DNA of 63,989 nt, the filler included, from Octopus bimaculoides (lineage: Eukaryota): assembly GCF_001194135.2 (NCBI RefSeq). It is 7 parts of 5 records of this genome, joined end to end, with 100 filler letters (N's around TTAATTAATTAA, not from the genome) between each part and the next. Parts side by side here need not be neighbours in the genome. Positions count along the whole stretch, not along the records: positions 32,676 to 49,861 come from NC_068993.1; positions 49,962 to 52,266 come from NW_026384096.1; 5 more parts are not named here. The stretch is one strand, 5' to 3'. The notes below the pieces were generated by a model. That model was not told the origin of the DNA. It did not search any database and was given only the letters and a program-made list of their open reading frames with translations. The stretch's first letter is position 1, and every line of letters starts with the position of its first letter. Shown in pieces: positions 40,067-50,835 of this stretch. The position numbers and the translations under genes were made by a program.

Positions 40067-40264
40067 GCAAGACTTCCCATGGAATAGCTCTTTGGCAGGA
40101 AATGATGTACAAACGGCGAGTGTATGAAATGCTCAACAAGAAGATAACAGATATCGGTTCGCATGACGGTACAAAAAATAGTGGATTGCAAAATAGGAAC
40201 CTCGAGTGCATATGGAAAAATGTTGTGCTAACATGTAATGCAACTTTACCTCGCCTTCAGACAT
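40067..40264 (+). CDS. Exon 2 (GKTSHGIALWQEMMYKRRVYEMLNKK...LECIWKNVVLTCNATLPRLQT)
   Basis: Acceptor TTCGTTTTGTTTACAG, donor CAT|GTAAGT, 198 bp, phase 1-1, open, joins exon 1 in frame. Confidence 0.85.
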
Positions 40265-40859
40265 GTAAGTATTACATTGACATTAACACCTCTTTTTCGA
40301 ACATCAAAATCTCAGTGAAAGCAAGAATTAAATCAAACATCTTGTGAATCTTCGACCTACAAGAATTGCCAATCAAAACTCAAACGAATCACAGACTGCC
40401 GTCTCAAAAGGAAGACAAACAAATACAATGAAAATTGCAATAAAAATGTCTGAATAGAAACAAGGAATGAGTCTACCGGGCGCAGCTGTTTTGACGCTGA
40501 TGTGTTTGCATGGTTGTCGGGATACTCAAACTCTTTTGGCTATCCGTCTCTTTCTTTGATATATGTATGTATATATATATATATATATATGCATTGATTA
40601 CTTACATATATAAACAGACTTACACCAACTACCATTCAATATAAATACTTGATTTGTCAGAGTTCATCCCGCCTCTCAAGGAGGATTAGTACTTACCAAA
40701 TAACTACTGAGACTAGCACAACTCGAAAAGAGAGTTAATTTTACGGATGAAGAATTTCACCAAAATTGACATGCCGTTAAAGTAAACGACGGGCTTATGT
40801 CTGGAGATATCAAGTCAGACTCGTGCGCTTGTTTCTGGCTCAACAGGCAGATATATACA

Positions 40860-41040
40860 CCTAGTTTAAATTTACTGAAGGCAAAAGACGAAGACAGGTG
40901 TGGGAGCAACAAGCAAGAATATTAGTTTAACCCTCTAGACATATGGAAAAGTCTTTTGTATTTCGAGCCTACGCTCTTTGAAAGAAAGTATTAAGAGGAA
41001 AAAATGGGGAGAGAATGAAAAAAAACGGAGATAGATAAAA
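40860..41040 (-). mobile_element. Penelope-like terminal-repeat fragment, same family as 7030-7200
   Basis: AAGAGCGTAGGCTCGAAA..AAAAGACTT..GCTTGTTG..ACACCT.TCTTCGTC shared. Confidence 0.5.
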
Positions 41041-41067
41041 CGTGCAGCATTCAACGGTCCAGCATGG

Positions 41068-41098
<31 letters not shown>

Positions 41099-41149
41099 TA
41101 GATAAATAGATAAATAGATACATAGATAAGATAGATAGACCGACGTGCT

Positions 41150-41285
41150 TCTACATAGCTTCCGTCTACGAAATTCACTAACGAAGCATTGGTCAGCCCA
41201 TGTCTATAGCAGAAAACACTTGCCAGTGCTGGGATTGAACTGAAACCAAATGGCTGGGAAGCGAACTTCTTAAACATACACCCAT
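41150..41285 (-). mobile_element. SINE family B head, degenerate
   Basis: AGCTTCCGTCTACGAAATTCACT..CTATAGCAGAAAACACTTGCC..GGGATTGAAC. Confidence 0.65.
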
Positions 41286-41448
41286 GACAGCACCAAACGT
41301 TTTTAATTTGTTAGTATTTATCATTTATTTACTTTTTAGTGTCTGTGCTATTTCTGTTTTCATGGCATCTTACAATTTCACAGATACTAAACAACTCGGA
41401 CATAACGTGATAACAGGACCATCTTCTGTTATTTGAAATCCTTTACAG

Positions 41449-41568
41449 ATACTAGTAATATGGACCACAGTGGACCCGAAGTTCTTGAAATCCTAAGCTC
41501 TCCCACACAGCTTACCACCGAATGCATATCAATTTCATTCACCTCTTTCATCTCTTCCCATTCGTTCA
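41449..41568 (+). CDS. Exon 3 (YTSNMDHSGPEVLEILSSPTQLTTECISISFTSFISSHSF), MAM-like motifs
   Basis: Acceptor CCTTTACAG, donor TCA|GTAAGA, 120 bp, phase 1-1, open; DHS, LxSP and CxSxxF resemble the MAM motifs DHT, LxSP, CLxF. Confidence 0.85.
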
Positions 41569-42182
41569 GTAAGATGCCGGAAATTTTGAACTAAGCAAAG
41601 ACACATGTTTTTACGTCCCAGTAGTTACGTCTCTTCCTGTTTACATTGTTGTTCACAAGCCGTAATAAATAAAACAATTTCAAATATTATATTTTTCTCT
41701 TTTCCAGTTTCTGTTATACTGCGAATATCCAAGTATTTAATCCATATCACCGTTTTAACAGATGGTAATGAAATTAAAAATCAAATAATGCGTGAGTGTC
41801 ATTTAACATTCCTAATACAATATATACATACATACATACATACATACATACAAACAAACAAACATACATGCATACATGCATACATACATACATACATACA
41901 TACAGTTCTATGTTCATAGATGCACTCATTGATACATATACGCGTGTGTGTATTAGATACAGATCTATGTATACACGTATACAGGTGGTTGTTTTTGTGT
42001 ACGTGTGTATGTTTGTATATATATATATATATCCATGTGAGTGAGTGCGGATGAGTAGGTGTTTGCGCATGAGTGGATGTGTGTATGTATTACGAATATA
42101 CATCTAGTGAGCTTATATATTAATGTCTTTTTTTGCATTTCTGTAATCTCTAAAATTAGATTTTCTTCTATATTTCTTACAG

Positions 42183-42419
42183 ATATGTATAACGATCCTG
42201 TTAGAAGTCTGAGTTTCACCGTAGGATCCGCAAGTGTTTTGTTTAGTATATGCGTGGAAAATCGCACTGAGAAACATTTTAGAATATGTTTTCGCGTTAA
42301 TTACAGCGTATTCTTCTTCCAAAAAACATTGTATCTTGGTTGTTTCAATAAACCCCCTCTTTCTTCTCAAAATATCTCATTAGACAGTGTCAAGGATTCG
42401 TTGCAATTTTCCGATACTG
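42183..42419 (+). CDS. Exon 4 (NMYNDPVRSLSF...HFRICFRV...NISLDSVKDSLQFSDT)
   Basis: Strong acceptor TTCTATATTTCTTACAG in phase 1; best phase-1 donor is CTG|GCAAGT (GC-AG). Otherwise the frame runs to TAA at 42482-42484. FRIxF and ISLDSV resemble MAM FxIxFE and IALDDI. Confidence 0.75.
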
Positions 42420-42869
42420 GCAAGTTCCGCAGCGTTGAAAATAACGTTGAATACCTTTGTTATTTCATGGAGGATCAGAAGTAAATATGATTTGAACTTA
42501 GTGACAACAAGCTACATATGGTCATTAATGTATCTGAATGAAAACAAAGCTAATGTATATATTGATATTACAATGAACGCATAACCCTTTCGACTATGAA
42601 CCAGTATGTTTGCCCAATTATTTACCTTTCTACACGGATATGTTATGATCTATGGAAAACGTCTACTCTGTATTCCCTTGACGAGAATTGAAACAACTCT
42701 CACTTTGACAATTATTGTTTTATTCTACTTATTTTCAACATTTCAAAGCCAAAGAGACAGTTGTTAACCGAGAGAAACCTCAAAACTTATAATCCATCTT
42801 TTTCTCCCACTTCGCCCTCACCCACCTCTCTTTTCCTCCTTAATTGCTTCCAGCAACTCATCTGTCCAA

Positions 42870-44075
42870 CCATATCCGTCGAGCATTACACGAACTTTTA
42901 TTTCTGTAATTTATGGGAACATAAACAAGCGTTGAACAATTACATCATTTCCGACATTGTGTACTTGCTTGTCGATGTACTTCTTTCAGAAATCCACATA
43001 CTTGATTATTCAGAAGCTTTTCGGCTGATCGCACAGGTATATATGCAGCACGCCCTCCACATCTTCGTCATTATAACATCGACGACATCTTAAAGGATGT
43101 TTGAGCAGTCCAAAGAATTCATACTCTGCCCAAGTTGAATTCAGCTCACTCTACTTTATGCCCATTTCTTCCTGCTCAGAACATCACCTTTCTGACATTA
43201 CCTGCATTCATGCTCATGTCTTCGCTGTACGTCTGTAAGTGACGTCTCGCAAGTTTAAATAAAACATTAACGGCAACTTAGACCCTGGATTCTGACTCCA
43301 CTTTCTCCAAACCCAAGTGAGAAAATATTATCAGCAACGAAATAATCTTTGAAGAAGCCGATGAAGAAACACTTATATCCTCAAATATATTATTAACGTA
43401 CATTTGCGCCTGTTGTGTATTTCTTTATATAATTCGATTTGTTCTGTGCTTCATGTTGTTAGACATATGTCTCTACTTCTTATGATACACTTGGATAACA
43501 CAAATAAAACTTTATATGATTGAGTTACTCTCAATATTTGACTGAGAAAAGACTGTTAAAGTTACCAAAATGATAGTAGGTTTATAGAATTATTTAATTG
43601 TTTATGGTAATCCAATGCGTATCCATGACTTTACCCCATACCATTAATTTTCATGCGATCTTTCGTACGACCAACAAATAAATAATTGCCATTTGACTTC
43701 GGGTTTTGTAAACCTTCAAACTTACTTAACAAACAATACTGTAAAAGACGATGTACACACTGATCGAATGAAATGCTCACTGGATCTTTAATGTAGTAAA
43801 AGACATACGGGGGTGTCCCGCAATGTCTTGCTGAAAACCTGTACAGATGATTTGTTTCTAGTGGTCGTAAGTTCCTGTAAAACATTAGCTCATGGCTAAC
43901 ATCACACCGACGTTGTCTGTAGAGGTTCACGATGTGTCGCACGTCGGATGTCGAAGAGATAGCAGAGCAACGTGAAATTAAGTGTTTTGCACAAGAATAG
44001 AACGCACCAATCTGCGAATCGAAACCATAATCTTGATCCCGTTAGTGCAAAACTCTAATCACTACACTACACGGA
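42870..44075 (-). repeat. Right arm of the inverted duplication (mariner tail + spacer + SINE family A)
   Basis: Reverse complement aligns to 33633-35672, lacking the SINE-B insertion and ~34970-35530; keeps more of the mariner C-terminus and the SINE-A head. Confidence 0.85.
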
Positions 44076-44793
44076 TCATTCACGCTCTTTGTTATATATA
44101 CACACAAACACACACACACACACACGTATATATATATANNNNNNNNNNNNNNNNNNNNNNNNNNNNNNNNNNNNNNNNNNNNNNNNNNNNNNNNNNNNNN
44201 NNNNNNNNNNNNNNNNNNNNNNNNNNNNNNNNNNNNNNNNNNNNNNNNNNNNNNNNNNNNNNNNNNNNNNNNNNNNNNNNNNNNNNNNNNNNNNNNNNNN
44301 NNNNNNNNNNNNNNNNNNNNNNNNNNNNNNNNNNNNNNNNNNNNNNNNNNNNNNNNNNNNNNNNNNNNNNNNNNNNNNNNNNNNNNNNNNNNNNNNNNNN
44401 NNNNNNNNNNNNNNNNNNNNNNNNNNNNNNNNNNNNNNNNNNNNNNNNNNNNNNNNNNNNNNNNNNNNNNNNNNNNNNNNNNNNNNNNNNNNNNNNNNNN
44501 NNNNNNNNNNNNNNNNNNNNNNNNNNNNNNNNNNNNNNNNNNNNNNNNNNNNNNNNNNNNNNNNNNNNNNNNNNNNNNNNNNNNNNAACTCTAATCACTA
44601 CACTACACGGATCATTCACGCTCTTTGTTATATATACACACGCGCATACCGACACACACGCGCACTCACGTATGCATGTATGTGTGTATGTATACGTTCA
44701 TTATATGTGTAGAGGGACCGATTGGAGGATCAATAAATCTTAATAATAATAGAATTTTTCATTCTTCAATTTTCTTTATTTCGCTTTTTACAG

Positions 44794-44810
44794 TTGTCTG
44801 TTACAATTAA
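44794..44810 (+). CDS. Candidate terminal exon 5a (VVCYN*)
   Basis: Long pyrimidine acceptor TTTTCTTTATTTCGCTTTTTACAG, phase 1; would add a closing Cys as expected at a MAM C-terminus. Confidence 0.4.
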
Positions 44811-45029
44811 TCTCAAAAAAAATATCTCTAAGCTCAATATATTTATCAACGAACCCAATATCTATATTTGTCTTCCGATTAATGTTTTTTTATTTTTATT
44901 TTGTCAATCTAAAAATAGTTCTCTTGTTGGGTTTATGCAATTGAATATGAAGCTCTCAAATCTTCAAGGTAGTCATTGAATTGATATTTGCGTTATTGAC
45001 ATAGAAATTGGTCCGCCACGTCGACCGTT

Positions 45030-45202
45030 CTAATATTGTTTTTTTGTGCAGCCAATTTGATTGTTGAAATTATAATGATCAGCATGATAATCAGCCTTAA
45101 AACACAACAGGACACTTTTCGTGGAGAAAGATTCGAGTTTCATCTCAAACTCGAGTTTTACATGCGAAACAGGGATATCAAGCTTGCGGTCTTTATTGCG
45201 AT
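45030..45202 (-). CDS. Candidate terminal exon of the - strand gene (DRNKDRKLDIPVSHVKLEFEMK...QIGCTKKQY*)
   Basis: Acceptor TTACTTTATATCGTTCACAG, phase 1, compatible with a phase-1 donor at 47246. Confidence 0.4.
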
Positions 45203-45245
45203 CTGTGAACGATATAAAGTAATTATACATAATAAAGTGAACTAG
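45052..45245 (+). CDS. Alternative terminal exon 5b of the + gene (ANLIVEIIMISMIISLK...HNKVN*)
   Basis: Acceptor TTGTTTTTTTGTGCAG, phase 1, open; codon-registered antisense to 45030-45202, so one may be a shadow. Confidence 0.3.
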
Positions 45246-45475
45246 AGTGTATAAATGCCCACAAGCTCCCACACACACACACACATACACACGTGCATAT
45301 GATTTGAATAATACATTAACTCCGAATAAATGTGTTTAGTACACTTTCTTTTGTTTGTCCACTCACTCGTGTGTGTATNNNNNNNNNNNNNNNNNNNNNN
45401 NNNNNNNNNNNNNNNNNNNNNNNNNNNNNNNNNNNNNNNNNNNNNNNNNNNNNNNNNNNNNNNNNNNNNNNNNNN

Positions 45476-45876
45476 TATTTAAAAGAGTTCCAACTCTGTC
45501 TGTTTTTTATGTTTTATTTATATTCTTGTAAAATTAATGTGGGATATAGAATATGGAATATATAATATATAATATAAAAATGGATGGTACAGTCTGTTAC
45601 AGTCTGTTACAGTCTGTCAGATACCGGCCATGATGAAATACCACAAGGTATTGAAAATACGTATTCGCCTTTATATATTTAATCCTTTATATTGAACACT
45701 CAATATTTCATATATTCAATAAGACATATTCCATATATTCAATAAGACATTCAATACTTTATTTCATTGTACCATCCATTTTTATATTATATATTCCATA
45801 TTCTATATCCCACATTAATTTTACAAGAATATAAATAAAACATAAAAAACAGACAGAGTTGGAACTCTTTTAAATA
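45476..45876. repeat. Young fold-back, ~110-bp near-identical arms, hammerhead-like motif in the loop
   Basis: 45476-45590 vs reverse of 45768-45876 differ essentially by one ~5-nt indel; left arm abuts a gap. Confidence 0.85.
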
Positions 45877-47189
45877 AAATTATATATATACATACATATA
45901 CTCTATTATTTCATTTCCTCCTTCTCTACTTTTCTTCTCTTCAAGTTTTTAGGTAAACTCCTGCACAAATTATATGCTGTCCTTGTAATGTAGAAGCTGT
46001 TAAGTTCAATACTCTCCAAAGCCGATTGTTTTTTGTTTTTTTTTTCTTTTTGATTAAATATTATCGCCAATAAATTACTTTTACTATATAAACCTCTGAC
46101 ATGTATCGACTTTCACTTATTTCAGAAAACAATACTAATGTCCTTTGAGCGATTGGTACTTACCATCTAAATGCCCGTTCATCTTTACGCTACCTGCGTT
46201 AACTTCGTAAACTAGATACGGGTAGTAGTCATGCATTTTCACACATACTGAAAAATATAAACAAGACAGAAGACCAAACTTTATTAGTATGAAAAACAAA
46301 GAACAAACTCCATTACATAAATAATGGGTTTCTGATAAAAGTACAAGAGCAGCAACTTAAGTGGGCCAACGGTTTGTCTTTACTATCGATCCTAGTACTT
46401 CACTGGTACTTTATTCTTGTTAGTACCGTGGCCCCAAGGCGGTAAACTGACAGAATCGTTAGCACACCGGACACAATACTTAACGGCAATGGGGACTCGT
46501 TGATAATTTATATAAACCCTTGTCAATATTGAGTACCCTTCGTACCCAAGAACTTTAACTGTTGATGACTTAGTACCTGAATTTTTTGAAAATAGGAATG
46601 TATACTAGATATAAGTACTTGGCTCATATCATTTCATTAGTACTATTTTTAATGAAATGGCGATTCAAGTTTTGATATAGCTCCAAATACAATCTATTGA
46701 AAACAGTTCCTGTATAATTTCTGTTGTTTTGGGAGGGTCATTATACCTATAATAAACATACGCAATGGTTATATTTCACTCCTTTACTATTTATTTCTTT
46801 AACCAATAAACTGATAATCGATTGCTTGGTTAATCGTTTGACCAATCATTCTATAAATTAGGTTTGTTAGCAATATCTGTTTCAGCATATGTGATCACAC
46901 AAGAGATCTTACAAACCAAATACGAAAATGCTTGTATATTATTTGCAGAAAGCACAACAAATGCCTCACTTTTACGAGCTTTGATAAAAAAGTATCAGTA
47001 CTGGTTCTGTAACAATAAAAATACAACACATATCAATTCGGTATTTAATTTCCTTCGCAGTTGTTCCCTTCTGAAGTCATACACTTTATCTTGTGTCATT
47101 CATAGAAGCATTTCAAGAACACCTTCCTTGAGGATAGGAGCAGCTGCTTCGTCGCATTCTCTTCGATCTCTTCGACGCCCTGGATTTCT

Positions 47190-47380
47190 TCAATGCCTTG
47201 GATTTTTCGACGCCTCGGATTTCTTTTTCCACTTCAAAGACTGACCCTTGACTTCGGTGTCATGACCCGTTTTGAAAATGTTTTCGTCTCCCAAGACATA
47301 ATCAAGGAGATCCTTCGCAGCTGAATCCTGATCTTCTTTTCGAGACGACCACACTCTGCAGACTTTACTTCCAGGCACTA
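47190..47380 (-). CDS. Minus-strand gene exon B (LVPGSKVCRVWSSRKEDQDSAAKDLLDYVLGDENIFKTGHDTEVK...), unknown product
   Basis: Acceptor TTTGTTGTTTACAG, phase 1, only open frame; ends at TGA 47190 or at donor AGG|GTCAGT after 47246. Confidence 0.7.
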
Positions 47381-47669
47381 CTGTAAACAACAAACGTGAA
47401 CAAGAGCGTTTTAACTAGTGTGTATGCGAGACAGAGTTGAAGGTGAATTTGTGCCAAGCGGCTTCAGACTGCGTATTTTAGCTCCGTTACCATAGCAACA
47501 GTCCAAATATTTTTGATCAGACCTAGTATTTTAACATGGAAGATTATGCGTTGTAAATAAATACCAAATAATAATCAAACAAAAATAACATACAAATAAA
47601 TGTACATACCTATGTTCAGAATTAAATGGAATTTAAAACAGCACTTTCCATTTCTACCTTCCCACTTAC

Positions 47670-47813
47670 ACTTCATTCTTGGCGCAGCAGCCTTCACGTC
47701 TATGTTTGTAATTTCCAGAGCAAAACCAGTATTGGGGGTTTGGGTGAGCTTTTCATCAACCTGGAGTTCTTCAACAATTTCTTCTAGAACATTAATCATT
47801 TCATCATCTATAC
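47670..47813 (-). CDS. Minus-strand gene exon A (IDDEMINVLEEIVEELQVDEKLTQTPNTGFALEITNIDVKAAAPRMK), unknown product
   Basis: Acceptor TTTACAATATTTTTAG, donor AGT|GTAAGT, 144 bp, phase 1-1; splices in frame to exon B over a 289-bp intron. Confidence 0.75.
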
Positions 47814-48440
47814 CTAAAAATATTGTAAAAGGCATTCATCAATATTTACCTTTTTGACCAGAACATACACAAACGCACTCACAGACGCATATGCGTCCTA
47901 ACACGACGGACATCCACCCAGTAGACCCTGTTTCCACCTACAATATCAGCCGCCCCACACATATAGGATCCCTATACACACTCCATACCTGCACAAATAC
48001 TCCGAATGAATTAACCAAAATAAAAACAAAACACACACAAACCGGCAAACAGATACCTGTGAGACCTTTGGACACCGGTTAACCTCCTTTCCTCGACAAC
48101 GCTAAACATATAGTACCACTCTACAAGAACACCAGGCCCAAAACCAACACACATTTTTCATACACACATTTCCAGAAAAATCTTGTTGTCTTGCAATATC
48201 TCTAGAGGTGGATTTCGTGCCGAAAGACATATCTTGTTCAGTTGCGAATAAAAACATCGTAAAATAATTGAAACAAATGAACAAATGAAAAATCCAAAAT
48301 AGTATTAATTTAGTCGCAGGTTCTTTTATATTTTGGTTCTGTGACCTAACTTATAACCTAACTCAAAATATATGCAACATCGTACTTCTTTAATTGAGTA
48401 CAGGAGTTCAACTATGCAGAGACATTAGATCCTCATACTA

Positions 48441-48697
48441 TTGGGTTGGTGCATAATTATTGCGGCTTTTTTTTTTTTTTTCAATAAATTTTATTCAACA
48501 AAAACAATAACTATATTTAACAAAAACATCATTAAATGACGGTCTGACCGTCTGCCAAGCAAATGGGAAGCAGTAATTGAAGTAGATGGTGAATATGCTC
48601 CGGAATAATCATTTAGAGAGGTTTTTGTTACATGTTGTTATTGTTTTTGTTGAATAAAATTTGTTGAAAAAAAAGCAATAATTATGCACTAACCCAA
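48441..48697 (+). mobile_element. Mariner-derived MITE
   Basis: TIRs TTGGGTTGGTGCATAATTATTGC / GCAATAATTATGCACTAACCCAA (Hsmar1/Made1-like), TA on the left, internal RLPSKWEAVIEVDGEY transposase C-terminal remnant. Confidence 0.85.
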
Positions 48698-48801
48698 TGC
48701 ATGTTGCTTGTTGCGCATTTAAAGGAGAACATATGTGTATATATGTCGGGAGATGGGTTGCATTCCTATGTATATATATATGTGTGTGTGTGTGTATGTG
48801 C

Positions 48802-49369
48802 AAAATTAGTGTACATTTATACACAAAAGGGGTGACCCTAACAGGACACCTTACATGCTAAAAGGAACAGTCTAATTCCAAACCATGGTTAAGAGTAATT
48901 TCGAAGGGGATGAAAAATAAAACCATTTTCAATAGTTACCACTTGTTCCTAGGTTTCGAACATTAATGAACAAATAAAATAATTCGTTATCTTCATCAGC
49001 AAGAGCGCTAAAAATTAACGTATATTTATGTGACAAATACACAGCACATGCCCCATCTCTATACATCATAATTTTTCAAATCCACCGCGCAAGCGCAGTT
49101 ATAGTCGGCAGCGAATAAAAATATATTTTCCAACTTTCTTTAAAATTACGAAAATCATACTAAGAAAATTTATATAGGGTAGAAAATTACAGAAATTTTC
49201 TACCAGTGGCTAGCTAACATGGTACAAGTGGTAACTATTAAAAATGTTTTTATTTTTTATCCCCTTCGAAAGTACTCTTAACCGTGGTTTGGACTCTGAC
49301 TGTTACTTTTATCATGTGAGGTGTCACGTTAGGGTCACCTCTTTTGTGTATAAATTGTACACTAATTTT
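48802..49369. mobile_element. MITE/fold-back with ~148-bp TIRs
   Basis: 48802-48948 vs reverse of 49221-49369, about 85-90% identical by eye. Confidence 0.85.
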
Positions 49370-49861
49370 ACATGAATGATATGTTGTCTATTGACTATTT
49401 TATGCATGCTAGTCACTGGTAAAAAAATTTTTTAATATGATTTTCTTAATCCTCGCCAGCGATTCTTAACGCCTACCTCTGTCGGTCTTATGTGCTGATT
49501 TTCAAAGCGGTAAAAGTGTAAGCAACAAATAAAATGGGTGGCTTATTAACAATTTGAACTTTTGTGGGTTTTGATTTATTTTAACTCTTGTTTCTAGCAA
49601 TAGCTGGTGTCGGTCAGTAACCTCCATCACTTTTGTAACCTCTAATAATTTTGCCCTTAGGTTCAAATTGCTAATAAGCCACCCATTTAAATTGTTGCTT
49701 TGTGTGCGTGTGCGTTCGTGCGTGTGCGTTCGTGCGTGTGTGTGTGTATGTGTCTATGTCTGTGTCACTGTGTATGCGTGCGTGTGCATAAATGTATCTA
49801 TATATAAAGGTATAGACCTATCTTCCTCTCTCTCTCCCCTTGTAAATACATACATATATAT

Positions 49862-49961
49862 NNNNNNNNNNNNNNNNNNNNNNNNNNNNNNNNNNNNNNN
49901 NNNNNTTAATTAATTAANNNNNNNNNNNNNNNNNNNNNNNNNNNNNNNNNNNNNNNNNNNN
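49862..49961. other. Artificial scaffolding spacer
   Basis: 44N+TTAATTAATTAA+44N. Confidence 0.95.
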
Positions 49962-50695
49962 AAAGTTCAGAATAACTTATTACATCTGGTAAAGTACAGA
50001 ACAAGAAAATTTTAACTTAAAATATTGCAGCTAAGGATAAAATTTCAAATAAAATATTTAGAGTTAGAAAATATTAGCTTTTACTAGAACTAAAAATTTT
50101 ATTACAAATTATTACTTCTATTTGTTATTACTTGCTGCTTCTATTCAAAATTTAAAAAAAACAACTCAAAAAAATTTTTTCACTTTAAAATATTTATTTT
50201 TTTAATTATGAATTAATAATTAGAAGGTTGTAAAAATAGGTTGTAAAAAATAATAATAATACATAACCAGTCAGTACAATAAATAGAATAATACAAAAGT
50301 TAGTTATATATTACAGTAAGATCTACCTATAACAATAAATTCACGGTAAAATTTTCTTGAGTTATTGCCAAGTCTTCACATTTTTAGTCTTGACCCAATG
50401 CCTACTTTTTACATAATGAATTTGCTTACCATATATACTATTCTACTTTGCATAAAACTTTAGCTATATTGGTACTTCTGGCTCTCATTTTGTAAGTATT
50501 CTAGGGTGTCAATATTTCGACAAAATGATGGTACCTTTTTTAATTATAATGTTACTTTGTAAATTAAAATCAAATAATTTTTAATATTCAAATTTTACCC
50601 TTAACTGCTATAAGCTGTAATATTTTAAGTAACAATTTTCTTACATTATTTACATTATTTGCATTTTACGAATATTTGTCCTCATCTTGTTATTG

Positions 50696-50835
<140 letters not shown>

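Noticed and set aside
44051-44642. ~50-bp direct repeat (44051-44100 and 44587-44640)
   Set aside because: Identical sequence flanking a gap; likely overlap or haplotype artefact.
46864-47244. 126-aa + strand ORF
   Set aside because: Antisense to exon B and its 3' flank; no splice or family support.
47814-47849. Donor AAG|GTAAAT just upstream of exon A
   Set aside because: Would define a 36-nt intron, too short to be credible.
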